A DNA stretch of 64,000 nucleotides from an uncultured Gemmataceae bacterium (GCA_963750165.1 CAVVPN010000003.1:1760001-1824000), one strand, 5' to 3'. Counted from the first letter of the stretch, positions 19,201 through 29,425 are shown. A program made the numbers and translations. Notes: generated from the letters alone by a model not told the origin.

Positions 19201-20189
19201 CGACGTGGACCGGCCGCTGGCGCTGCTGCTGCCCGGTCCGACCGGCGTCGGCAAGACCGAGCTGATGATGAAGTTCGCCCTGGCGATGAACATGCCGTTC
19301 TTCCACGTCGAGGGAGCGCAGTTCTCCGAATCGCACACGGTGGCCCGGCTGATCGGCTCGCCGAGCGGCTACGTCGGCCCGGACAAGGGCATCCTGTATG
19401 TCTTCGCCGAGGAGAACGCCGCGGCCATCGTCTTCTTCGACGAGATCGAGAAGATGCACCCCGACGTGTACACGGCGCTGATGAACTACTTCGACGCGGG
19501 CATCCTGACGGCCGGCAACGGCGAGACGGTACGGCGGCCGGGGCACGTCATCGTCGGGGCCGCCAACGCCGGCGCCGAGCGGTTGCACCGGCACATGAGC
19601 GAGCGTCAGGTCAAGGACGTGCTCGCCGAGGCGTTCACCGACCGCTACGGCAATCGCCGGCCGGAGCTGGTGCGCCGCTTCGAGGCGATCCCGATGCTGG
19701 CGCTGGAGCAGGAGCACTTCCGCACGCTGCTGCGCTGCAGCCTGCAAACGCTCGGCAAGCGCTTCGGCTTCATCAACGCCAACCTGCGGCTGGTCGGCGT
19801 GGAGGACAGCGCAGTCGAACTGCTGTACGAGGCGTCGCGTGAGGTGTGTGCCTACAGCGAGGAGGGACTGCGGCGCATCGGCTTTGGCGACGGCGCCGCG
19901 GCGGGGGTGCGCGTCAGCACGCTGGCGCAGCTCGCCGCGCAGCGAGCTGTTCTTCGACATGCGGCACGTGAGCCGGGCGTTCGAGCAGCTGGGCGGCGAG
20001 TCGGTGCGGCAGTTCGCCGAGGAGCAATACGACCGCGGCTGGCACCGCCGTCGCAAACACCCTCGTCAGGTCAAGGTCGTCGGCGACCCGGTGCGTGGGC
20101 GGATTGTGCTGGTCGATGTCAAGGAGACGAACGGGCACACGTGCAACGGGCGGCTGGAGGCGGCGGTGCCGGGCGGGACGGAACGCTGA
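16248..20189 (+). CDS. Large (~1312 aa after repair) divergent ClpA/ClpB-like AAA+ protein; +1 frameshifts at ~17013, 17866 and 19943
   Basis: D2 motifs VLGQEQAI, GPTGVGKTEL, RLIGSPSGYVG, IVFFDEIEK, RPELVRRF; Clp-like linker LTEQDVAAAAPSIFHLP; the four ORF pieces join by deleting one C at each junction. Confidence 0.8.
17620..17679. repeat. REPIN (inverted GTAG/GTGG REP pair) inserted in frame in the AAA+ gene
   Basis: GTAGGACGGCTCTCCAGAGCCGTCC + GGACGGCTCTGGAGGGCCGTCCCAC; exactly 20 codons. Confidence 0.85.
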
Positions 20190-20272
20190 GCCCGCAACGC
20201 CAGATCCAGGTCGGCAGGGCGCTGTTGCAGGTTACATCCGGCTCTTCCAATAGTTCGGGCAGCAGATTGCAC

Positions 20273-20400
20273 ATGACCGAAACCGAGTGGCAGACTGGCA
20301 CCGGGACAAGACCAGTGACCGCAAACTGCGGTTGTTCGCATCCGGCTGTTGTAAGCTTTGGGACGGTCTCGACGGGGATCATCGAGCCACGGCTGCTTGA
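20273..20400 (+). pseudogene. Remnant of a Gemmataceae MTEAEW...SDRKLRLFA..CC family gene
   Basis: MTETEWQTGT, then a shifted frame giving TSDRKLRLFASGCCKLWDGL and an early stop. Confidence 0.6.
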
Positions 20401-20471
20401 TAAAACCCAGAAAGGAAAAAGGGTACGAGCATTTCCACGGTCTTTTGGGCCGTGCGGCAGCGGCAGGGGCG

Positions 20472-20945
20472 TTACGGCTGCGCCTTCTTCTCCGCCTGCA
20501 ACTGCTGCCGCCGGATGCGCTCCTGGCGGTAGCGCTCCGCGGTGCCGAGGTCGAACGGCGCGAACGGCTCCGACGGCACCTGTCGGTGGTGGGCGCCGCA
20601 GCGGTAGCACACGACCACGTCGCCGACCAGCAAATACAGGCCGCCGTCCAGGAGGGCCGAGCCGATGAGAATGCCCCACGTCCAGTACAACTCGCGGTTG
20701 GCGTAGGTGATGGCCGACAGCACGCACGCCAGCACCAGAATGGTCATGCCCAGCGCGTGCGGGAAGTTCTTCTTCTTGTACAACTCGGCGTTGCCGCAGA
20801 CGGCGCAGGCGGAGAGGTGATCGGAGACAGCCGACGGCTCCGCTTGCAACCGGTGGTCACAGGTCGGGCACTGCCAGGTCGGCGCCGCGTTCGGCCGCCA
20901 CGCTGCGGGAGCCTCACAGGTCGGACACAGAAAACGCACAATCAC
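20472..20945 (-). CDS. Multi zinc-ribbon membrane protein
   Basis: CPTC, CPTC, CAVC, CYRC; two TM helices. Confidence 0.85.
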   Translation of the reverse strand: MIVRFLCPTCEAPAAWRPNAAPTWQCPTCDHRLQAEPSAVSDHLSACAVCGNAELYKKKNFPHALGMTILVLACVLSAITYANRELYWTWGILIGSALLDGGLYLLVGDVVVCYRCGAHHRQVPSEPFAPFDLGTAERYRQERIRRQQLQAEKKAQP

Positions 20946-20964
20946 GGGGTCAACCGCCTTGATG

Positions 20965-21714
20965 TCAGAGGGGTAAGCCGGTCTTGTAAAACAGCAGCTG
21001 ACCGGTCAGCTCGCCGAGGAAACACAGGATCACGACGACGTATAAAATGCCGGTCGCGGACTGCGTCGAGCGAATCTTGGCCGTCTCATACGCCATCCAG
21101 CCGAGCACCAGCGGGCCGACGAAGCCCAGCGCCCAGCGCACCGCCAGCAGCAGCAGTGTCTCCGTCTCCACGTTAGCAGTTGCCGCGTCGCCCGTCCACA
21201 GCCACAGCCCTGCGACCGCCAGCCCCAGCCGCAGCAGCGTGCTCACGCCGAGCGCCGCCAGCAGCCGCAGCAGCGGCGTCAGCGACATCGCCGGCGCGAT
21301 CAGGTACGAATGACCCATCAGCATCGCCGTTGTCGCACTGCCCAGCAGTGCCGCCGAGGTCAGGTCGTCGCCCCACAGCCACGGCAGCGCCGCCCGCGCT
21401 CCCTGCTCCGCACTGGTCAGCGCCAGCGCCGCCAGCGCCGCCGGCAGCGCCATCGCCAGCAGCACGCGCGTCCCGGGCGCCCCCTCCAGCAGCCACGCCA
21501 TCGAGCCCAGGAACGTCAACACGATCACCGCCAGCAGCGTCAGCCACAGCGCGAGCGAGGCCGTCTGATGCAGCAGCACCAGCGCCACCACGCCCAGGCC
21601 GAGGGCGGTCAGGAAGTGCGTGCGGAAGAAGCGCGGGTTGACCTGGGCCGGCGACAACAGCGGCAGACAGCCGAGCAGACCGCACGCCAGACGCAGACTG
21701 AAGATCGCGAACAT
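20965..21714 (-). CDS. Polytopic membrane protein with LMGHSYL and QSATGILY motifs
   Basis: About 8 hydrophobic segments; starts 3 bp after the folE stop. Confidence 0.8.
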   Translation of the reverse strand: MFAIFSLRLACGLLGCLPLLSPAQVNPRFFRTHFLTALGLGVVALVLLHQTASLALWLTLLAVIVLTFLGSMAWLLEGAPGTRVLLAMALPAALAALALTSAEQGARAALPWLWGDDLTSAALLGSATTAMLMGHSYLIAPAMSLTPLLRLLAALGVSTLLRLGLAVAGLWLWTGDAATANVETETLLLLAVRWALGFVGPLVLGWMAYETAKIRSTQSATGILYVVVILCFLGELTGQLLFYKTGLPL

Positions 21715-21717
21715 GCG

Positions 21718-22293
21718 TCAGTGGCCGCCGGAGATGAGGGCCATGAACTCGGCACGCGTCGATTCGTGGGTGATGAAACTGCCGCGCATGGCGCTGGTGA
21801 CGCAGACGCTGTCCGGCTTGCGGACGCCGCGGATCGTCATGCACGTGTGCGTGGCCTTCAGCACGACGCCGACGCCGCGCGCCCCCAGTTCGTTCACGAG
21901 CAGGTCCGCCAGGTCCTCGGTCATGCGCTCCTGCACCTGCGGCCGCCGCGACAGGATTTCCACTACCCGCGCCAGCTTGCTCAGGCCGACGATTTTGCCA
22001 TTCGGAATATACGCAATGTGCGCCTTGCCCATGAACGGCAGTAGATGGTGTTCACAGAAGGAATCGAAGCCGATGTTCTTGACGAGCACCATTTCGTTGT
22101 ACTTCTGGGTGAACGTCTTGCGAAGCGGCTCGCGGGCGTCCTTGCGCAAGCCGGCGAAGACCTCGGCGTACATGCGGGCGACGCGGTCGGGCGTCTCCAG
22201 CAGGCCCTCGCGGTCGGGGTTCTCGCCCACGGCGAGCAGGATTTCGCGGACGGCGGCGCGGATGCGGGCCTGATCGACCTTGGGTTCACTCAT
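21718..22293 (-). CDS. folE: GTP cyclohydrolase I
   Basis: REGLLETPDRVARMY, SFCEHHLLPF, GLSKLAR, RRPQVQER, HTCMTIRG. Confidence 0.97.
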   Translation of the reverse strand: MSEPKVDQARIRAAVREILLAVGENPDREGLLETPDRVARMYAEVFAGLRKDAREPLRKTFTQKYNEMVLVKNIGFDSFCEHHLLPFMGKAHIAYIPNGKIVGLSKLARVVEILSRRPQVQERMTEDLADLLVNELGARGVGVVLKATHTCMTIRGVRKPDSVCVTSAMRGSFITHESTRAEFMALISGGH

Positions 22294-23356
22294 GGATGCT
22301 GGGTCTCGGCGGCGAGGGTTGGATTCCTTGTTGATTATTAGGTGCTGCTGCTGGCTCGGTCAAGGACGGGCCGGCGCCGCCACGGCGATACCGGTCCAGC
22401 ACGCGCTGCAGCACCTCGTCGGCGATGGTGCCCAGCAACAGGGCCACGCCGAAGAACGTGAAAATCAGGTCGTCGGGGATGCGGAAAAAGAAGCAGAAGT
22501 TGTGCAACAACGGCAGCGCCGCGGCCCCGAGCAGCATGCCCAGCACGGTGCCCTCGCCGCCGCGCAGGCTGCAACCGCCCAGCACCGCCGCGGTGATGGC
22601 GTACAGCTCGAACCAGTTGCCGGCGGTGTTTGGGCTCGCCCCCTCCGCGTAGAAGACGTAAATGATGCCGCCCAGCCCCGCGGTCAGCGAACAGATCATG
22701 TACGCGAGGATTTTGTAGCGGTGCGTATCGACGCCGGCGTAGCGGGCCGCCTCCTCGTTGGCGCCGACGGCATACAGATAGCGGCCCCAGACGGTCCCGT
22801 GCAACAGCAGCGCGAACAGCCCCGCCAGCACCAGTACCAGCAGCAGCACCACCGGCACGCCGCCCACGCGCCCCTTCACCAAAAAGCTCAGCGTCTCCAG
22901 CTGGTCCGCGAACTGGGCGATACTCACGTCACGCGCCGAACCCTCCTTTGTCCACGTCAGCCAGCGGGCCAGGCCGCGGTAGATGAACAGACCGCACAAC
23001 GTCACCAGGAACGGCTGCAACCGCAGCTTCGTCACCAGCAAGCCGTTGACCAGGCCGATCCCCGGGCTCAGCGCCACCACCACCACCAGGGCTGTCCAAC
23101 CGTCCACGCCGCGCTCCACCAGCAGGGCGTAGCCCACCGCGGTCAGGCCGACCACCGAGCCGATCGACAGGTCAATGCCGCCGGCGATGATGAGCAGGCC
23201 CACGCCCAGCGCCAGCACGCCGCGCGCCCCGATCTGCTCGGCGACGTTGCCGAGGTTGGCCGCCGTGCCCGCCCGCCGATCCGCCAGCAGCAACGCCACG
23301 AACAGCACCACGACCAGGCCGGCGATGCCCAGCAACCGAATCAGCGTGCGCGTCAT
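22286..23356 (-). CDS. Monosaccharide ABC transporter permease (RbsC-like)
   Basis: GGIDLSIGS, GRYLYAVGANEEAARYAG, ELYAITAAVLGG.SL.GG.G. Confidence 0.93.
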   Translation of the reverse strand: MTRTLIRLLGIAGLVVVLFVALLLADRRAGTAANLGNVAEQIGARGVLALGVGLLIIAGGIDLSIGSVVGLTAVGYALLVERGVDGWTALVVVVALSPGIGLVNGLLVTKLRLQPFLVTLCGLFIYRGLARWLTWTKEGSARDVSIAQFADQLETLSFLVKGRVGGVPVVLLLVLVLAGLFALLLHGTVWGRYLYAVGANEEAARYAGVDTHRYKILAYMICSLTAGLGGIIYVFYAEGASPNTAGNWFELYAITAAVLGGCSLRGGEGTVLGMLLGAAALPLLHNFCFFFRIPDDLIFTFFGVALLLGTIADEVLQRVLDRYRRGGAGPSLTEPAAAPNNQQGIQPSPPRPSIHE

Positions 23357-24885
23357 GGCCGTCCGCCTCCCGTCGCCAGGTGCATGATCGCCTCCTCCGT
23401 CAACTCGGCCCGGCCCAGTCCCCCGGCCAGGCGGCCCTCGTGCAGCACCAGCACGCGGTCGCTGACGCCGATCACTTCCTCCAAATCGCTGGAGATCATC
23501 AGCACGGCCACGCCGTCACGGGCCAGGCCGTCCAGCAGCGCGTAAATCTCGCTTTTCGCACCCACGTCCACGCCGCGCGTCGGCTCGTCCACCAGCAGCA
23601 CCCGCGGCCGCCGCGCCAGCCATTTGCCGAGCACCACCTTTTGCTGATTGCCGCCGCTCAGCAGGCCGACCGGCTGGGCCAGGCTCGGCGTCCGCACGCG
23701 CAGGCGGCCGCAGATGTCGCGAGCCGTTGCCGCCTCGCGGCCGCGCGCCACCAAACCGCACACGCTCAGGTGGTCCAGGTTCGGCAGGCCGATGTTGTGC
23801 TGCACGCTGTCCTCCAGCAGCAGCCCGTGATGGCGGCGGTCCTCCGGCACCAGCACCAGCCCCGCGGCCAGCGCCGCGCGCGGCGACCGCAGCCGCACCG
23901 CCTGGCCGTCCAGCAGCACCGCGCCCGTGGTGACGGGACGCAGTCCGAACAGTGCCTCGGCCAGTTCGGTGCGGCCGGCGCCGACGAGTCCTGCCATGCC
24001 GACGATCTCGCCGCCACGCACCTCGAACGATACAGCGTGCGGCGGCCCGCCCTGGTAGCGGAGGTCGCGCAGCACCAGCCGCGGCGCGGCGGCCGTGGGG
24101 GGTGCGTGTTCGCGGTGGAAGAACTGCTGCAAATCGCGGCCGACCATGAGCCGCACCATCGCGTCGTGGCTGATGCCCGGGCCGCGGTCGCGGAACAACT
24201 CGCCGGCGTTGCGGCCGTCGCGCAGCACCACGACACGGTCGGCCACCGCCTGCACCTCCGCCAGCCGGTGCGAGATGTACACGACCGCCACGCCGCGCCG
24301 CTTCAGGCCGGCGATGACCTCGTAGAGCCGTTCCGTTTCGCGCTGCGACAGACTGGAGGTCGGCTCATCCATGATAAGGACGCGGACGCGCAGCGACAGC
24401 GAACGGGCGATCTCGACGAGCTGCCGCTGGCCTGGCGGCAGGTCGCTGGCGGGCGTGTCGGGCGGGCAGGTCAGGCCAACCTGGTCGAGCAGACCGCGGG
24501 CGGCGGTGCGCAGACGGCGGCGATCGAGCAGCGCCAGCGGGCCGCCCCAGCGCGGCTCGCGGCCCAGGAACAGGTTGTCGGCGACGCTCAGGTTGTCGGC
24601 GAGGTTGAGTTCCTGGTGAATCAGGCTGATGCCCTGCCGCAGCGCGGCCGCGACGTTGGGGAGATGAACCGGCGCACCGTCGAGCAGCAGGGCGCCGCGG
24701 TCGGGCTGGTGGACGCCGGCGAGGATGCGCATGAGCGTGGATTTGCCGGCGCCGTTCTCGCCGATGACTGCGAGCACCTCGCCGGCGTGCAGCGCCAGCG
24801 ACACGCTGGCCAGCGCCTGCACGCCGGGGAAGGCCTTGCTCACGTCGCGGACTTCGAGGAGCGGGTGGTCGGCCACGGGGGTCAC
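23353..24885 (-). CDS. Monosaccharide ABC transporter ATP-binding protein (RbsA-like, two NBDs)
   Basis: GENGAGKST, MDEPTSSL, LSGGNQQKV, DEPTRGVDVGAK; GTG start overlaps the upstream TGA. Confidence 0.93.
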   Translation of the reverse strand: MTPVADHPLLEVRDVSKAFPGVQALASVSLALHAGEVLAVIGENGAGKSTLMRILAGVHQPDRGALLLDGAPVHLPNVAAALRQGISLIHQELNLADNLSVADNLFLGREPRWGGPLALLDRRRLRTAARGLLDQVGLTCPPDTPASDLPPGQRQLVEIARSLSLRVRVLIMDEPTSSLSQRETERLYEVIAGLKRRGVAVVYISHRLAEVQAVADRVVVLRDGRNAGELFRDRGPGISHDAMVRLMVGRDLQQFFHREHAPPTAAAPRLVLRDLRYQGGPPHAVSFEVRGGEIVGMAGLVGAGRTELAEALFGLRPVTTGAVLLDGQAVRLRSPRAALAAGLVLVPEDRRHHGLLLEDSVQHNIGLPNLDHLSVCGLVARGREAATARDICGRLRVRTPSLAQPVGLLSGGNQQKVVLGKWLARRPRVLLVDEPTRGVDVGAKSEIYALLDGLARDGVAVLMISSDLEEVIGVSDRVLVLHEGRLAGGLGRAELTEEAIMHLATGGGRP

Positions 24886-25886
24886 TTGCCCAGCAACTTG
24901 TTCAGGTTCGCGTGGAACTCGTCCACGTTGTCGCGGGTGATGCGCTTGTGGGCGATGTTGATTTTTTCGTCGGCGGGGATGCCCGATTTGTCGCCGCGGG
25001 CGATCTTCGCCATCAGCTTGACGCTTTGGTAGCCGAACTCGTACGGCTGCTGCACGATGGTGCCGTAAATGTGGCCGGCCTTGATGCCCTGCAGGGTGGT
25101 CTCGTCCTCGTCGAAACCGACGATCTTGACGACGTTGAGCTTGCCGGCGGCCTTGACCGCCTGGTAGCAGGCCGGGGCGTTCGGCGCCCACAGGCCGACC
25201 AGGCAAATGTTCGGCTCGTCCTTGAGCTCGACCAGCACGTCGCCGGCGTTCTTCTGCGCCATGGTGGCGTCGGTGCGGTCGAGGAACGGGCCGGTGCCGC
25301 CGGCTTCGCCGTGGAGGCGGTACTTGCCCAGCCGCGGCCCCTGCGCGTCTTTGACGCCGGCCAACTCGTCGAGAACGCCCTGGCGGCGCTGCTGCGCGTT
25401 CAGCGGCGTGATCTGGCCGACGAAGATGGCGATGACGCCGCCGTCGGGCATGCACTCCTTGACGAGCTTGCCGGCGTCACGGCCGGCGGCGTAGTTGTCG
25501 GTGCCGAGGTAGACCAACCGCTTGACGCCGGGGGCGTCGTTGTCCTGCGTGAGCAGGTTCGTCTTGCCGGCGACCTCGTTGAGGTAGTTGACCTGCTGAT
25601 CCGGCTTGATGACGCTGACGGCGATGGCGGAGACCTGCTGCACCAGCAGGGCGTCGATGATTTCCTTTTGCTTGGCGGGGTCGGGTTCGTCAGGGCGGCG
25701 GAAGAGCAGTTCCACGTCGCTCTCGTCGGCGGCCTTTTTGGCGCCGGCCTCGGCGATGGTCCAGAAGGTGGCGGCGTTGTTGGTGACGAAGCCGACCTGG
25801 GGCTTGCCGGAGGAGCGGTTGCACGCCGGCAGCAGGGCGGCGGCGGCCGCGACCGCCAGCACCCCGAGGATGCGTAGGATTTTCAT
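24882..25886 (-). CDS. Sugar ABC transporter substrate-binding lipoprotein
   Basis: Lipobox LPAC, YLGTDNYAAG, KIVGFDE, TIVQQPYEFGY. Confidence 0.92.
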   Translation of the reverse strand: MKILRILGVLAVAAAAALLPACNRSSGKPQVGFVTNNAATFWTIAEAGAKKAADESDVELLFRRPDEPDPAKQKEIIDALLVQQVSAIAVSVIKPDQQVNYLNEVAGKTNLLTQDNDAPGVKRLVYLGTDNYAAGRDAGKLVKECMPDGGVIAIFVGQITPLNAQQRRQGVLDELAGVKDAQGPRLGKYRLHGEAGGTGPFLDRTDATMAQKNAGDVLVELKDEPNICLVGLWAPNAPACYQAVKAAGKLNVVKIVGFDEDETTLQGIKAGHIYGTIVQQPYEFGYQSVKLMAKIARGDKSGIPADEKINIAHKRITRDNVDEFHANLNKLLGK

Positions 25887-26055
25887 AAGGAGAGTCTCGA
25901 TTTCTCCGCGGTGCGGATCTGTGGCGTCGCTGGGTTCTGCGCACGGTGATGGTTTGAGGATACCGGAAAATCGCCGCCGTGCAAGGCGCCGCCGGCTCCG
26001 GGGCCAAGAACCCATTGCCTCCGGCTTGAGGCGCGCCGGAAACGTCATGTCCGGA

Positions 26056-26250
26056 GGCACGGGCTGACGTCCAGCGGCCTGCGCTGACAGAGCAAGGGGG
26101 CCAAGGGGGCCAAGGGGGCCATCTTTTTCAGACGTCGAGAATTGGCGCCCTGGTTCCGTACGGTTGGCACGGCGCGACCACCAGCGGCGGCGGTTGCCAC
26201 AGCAAGGGAGCCAAGGGAGCCAAGGGAGCCAACGTTTTCAGACGTCGAGT
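26056..26250 (-). repeat. Second full copy of the family B element
   Basis: Units at 26091-26140 and 26201-26250; linker and tail match 2826-2884 and 2935-2970. Confidence 0.85.
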
Positions 26251-26352
26251 GTGATCTGTGCGACTGCAACCGCTCCAATTGCCGCTTGTCCCGCGTCCGC
26301 CGGGGCCTTACCATGCGCTGGAGCAGGTTCCTCATCCAACATGAGTTGACAC

Positions 26353-29300
26353 ATGCGACCAACCACCAGCTCCCTGTTCGTCGCCTGGGCCGTCTGCAGC
26401 CTGACCGCCGCGTCCGCCGCCGCCCAGGGCCTGACGCCCGAGCAGGCCCTGAAGCGCATGCAGGTGCCCGACGGCCTGCGCGTCCAGCTCGTCGCCGCCG
26501 AGCCCCTGATCCGCCAGCCGGTCACCATGAGCTTCGACGCCCGAGGCCGCCTGTGGGTCATCCAGTATCTGCAATATCCCAGTCCCGCCGGCCTCAAGCC
26601 AGTGCAGGTCGATCAGTACCTGCGTACCAAATACGACCGCGTTCCCGAGCCGCCGCCGAAGGGGCCGCGGCGCCGACCGTATCACCATCCTCGAAGACCC
26701 CGACGCGCACGGCCGCTACCGCAAGGCGAAGGATTTCGTCACCGGCCTGAACCTGGCGTCCGGCATGTGCCTGGGCCACGGCGGCGTCTTTGTGGTGCAG
26801 CCGCCGTACCTGCTCTTCTACCCCGATAAAAACGGTGACGACGTGCCGGACAGCGACCCCGAAGTGCTGCTGACCGGCTTCGGCATGGAGGACGCGCACG
26901 CCTTCGCCAACTCCTTGCAGTGGGGGCCAGACGGCTGGCTCTACGGTGCGCAGGGCAGCACGGTGTACGCGAATATCCGCGGCATCGAGTTCGTGCAGGG
27001 CATCTGGCGCTATCATCCGCTCACGAAGGCATTCGAGCTGTTCGCCGAGGGCGGCGGCAACACCTGGGGCCTGGACTTCGACCGTCACGGCAACGTCATC
27101 GCCGGCACCAATTTCGGCGGTTACGCCATGCTGCACCAGGTGCAGGGCGCCTTTTACGTCAAGAATTTCACCAAGCACGGCGCCCTGAAGAACCCGCACG
27201 CTTACGGCTACTTCGGCCATGTGCCCTACCAGGGCTTCAAGGGCGGCCACGTCACCAACGGCGGCATCATCTACCAGGGCGGGGCGCTGCCGGCGAAGTA
27301 CCACCAGCAGTACATCGCCGGCAACCTCCTGGCCAATTCGCTGTACTGGCACATCCTGGAACGCGACGGCTCCAGCTTCCGGGCGAAGTTCGGCGGCGAT
27401 TTCCTGCTGAGCCACGATCCGTGGTTCCGGCCGGTCGATTGCCTGACTGGCCCCGACGGTGCCGTGTACATCGCCGACTGGCACGACAGGCGCGCCACGC
27501 ACCTCGACCCCATCGACAACTGGGACCGCAGCAACGGCCGCATTTACCGTGTCGAACCCAGCGATGCGAAGCCGCTGCCGCCGTTCAATCTGGCCAAGTT
27601 GACCAGCAAGGAACTGGTCGGTCTGCTCGGGCACAGGAACGACTGGTATGCGCGTGAGGCCCGCCGCCTCCTCGCCGAGCGCCGCGACGCGAGTGTCCTG
27701 CCGGAACTGCGGCAGACAGTGCTGAAGCACAAGGACCAACTGGCGCTGGAAGCGCTGTGGGCGCTGTACGTCAGCGGCGGCTTCGACGACGCCTTCGCGT
27801 TGAAAACGCTCGGCCACGCCAATGCGGACGTGCGCACCTGGACGGTGCGCCTGCTCGGCGACGCGAAAAAGGTGTCGCCGGCCATCCGCCAGCGCCTGGT
27901 CGCGCTGGCGAAGTCGGACCCGAGCCCGACGGTGCGCAATCAACTGGCGTGCAGTTGCAAACGGCTGCCGGCCGCGGCCGCGCTGCCGGTGGTGCGCGAA
28001 TTGCTGCGCCACGATGAGGACGCCAGGGACCCGCAGATTCCGCTGCTGCTGTGGTGGGCCATCGAGGCGAAGGCAGTGTCCGACCGTGACGCGGTGCTGG
28101 CACTGCTGGACGACGCGGCGGCGTGGCGGCAACCGTTGGTGCGGCAGTTCATCGTCGAGCGTCTCGCTCGCCGGTATCTGGCCGAGAACAGCGCCGCCGG
28201 GCTGCGGGCCTGTGCCTGGCTGCTCGACCACGCGCCGAGCAGCGCCGAGGTCGATCTGCTGGTCAAAGGCATGGATCAGGCGCTGGTCGGGCGGCAGCTG
28301 CCGCAGGTGCCGGCCGTGCTGGAAAAGTGGATCGACAAACTCCGCGCTGAGCGGCCCGACGACCTGAAGCGGTTGCGGCTGGCGTTGCGCCTGGGCAGTG
28401 CCGGCGCCTACGCCGACGCCCTGCAGCGCGTGGCGGCCGGCAAGACGCCAGCGGGCACACGGTTGGCGCTGGTTGAGGTGCTCGGCCAGGCCGGCAAGGC
28501 GGAGTGCGTGCCAACGTTGTTGCAGTTGTTCGACCAGGCGAAGACCGACGCGCTGCGCAAGGCACTGCTGGCGGCGCTGCAACCCTACCCGGACGTCCGC
28601 ATCGGTGAGGCCGTCTTGCAGCGCTATCCGAAGTGGTCGGCCGACCTGCGCGGCCGGGCGCAGGCGCTGCTGGCGGCGCGGCCGGCGTCGGCGCTGGCGC
28701 TGGCCCGAGAAGTGGACGCCGGCCGCATTGCCGCGAAGGACGTCGGCCTGGAACAGGTGCGGCAACTGGCCCAGCACAAAAACAAGGAACTGCAAAAGTT
28801 GGTGGCGAAACACTGGGGCCGCGTCGGCGCCGCGACGGCTGGCGAGAAGCTGACGCGCATCGCCTACCTCACCGCCGCGCTCAACAAGGGCAAGGGCGAC
28901 CCCGGGGCCGGTCGCGTGCTGTTCGAGAAAAACTGCGGCACCTGTCACACGCTGTTCGGCCGCGGCACCAAACTCGGACCGGATCTGACCACGGCGGATC
29001 GCAAAAATCGGCAATGGCTGCTGCTGAACATCGTGGACCCCAGCGCCGTCGTGCGCCTGGACTACGCCGCTTACCACGTCGTCACTGCCGACGGTCGCGT
29101 CCTCAGCGGTCTGATCGCCGAGGCCACGCCGCAGGCCGTCACCCTGGTGAACGCCAAAAATGAGCGCACCGTCCTGCCGCGCGACCAGATCGACCGCCTC
29201 GATCCGTCACCCACGTCGCTGATGCCGGAAAAACTGCTCGACAGCCTCAGCGATCAGCAGCTGCGCGACCTGTTCAACTACCTCCAGAGCAACGCCCCGC

Positions 29301-29425
29301 CCCAGGGCGGCCAGGCGGGGCAGAAGCAGGCGCAGGCGTCTGGGCGGCGGGACAGGGAGGCCCCAAAATGGGCTACCCTGGTTGCCCAGTGTCGCTATAA
29401 TTTGTGTAAATTGCCGGGTTGTTGA
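26353..29425 (+). CDS. PVC-type haem-binding CxxCH protein (propeller + HEAT + cytochrome c); frameshift ~26670
   Basis: VAAEPLI.QPV, FDARGRLWV, QWGPDGWLYGAQG, WFRPVD...GPDGAVYIADW, CGTCH, GPDLT, SLMPE. Confidence 0.92.

Noticed and set aside
18176..20056. Long antisense ORFs (also 5327-7036, 26594-29077, 35039-37912, 58986-61586)
   Set aside because: Shadow ORFs expected in high-GC coding DNA; no recognisable motifs
16248..20189. Canonical clpB or T6SS clpV
   Set aside because: No Clp-N repeats, no D1 Walker A, no M-domain, no T6SS genes nearby
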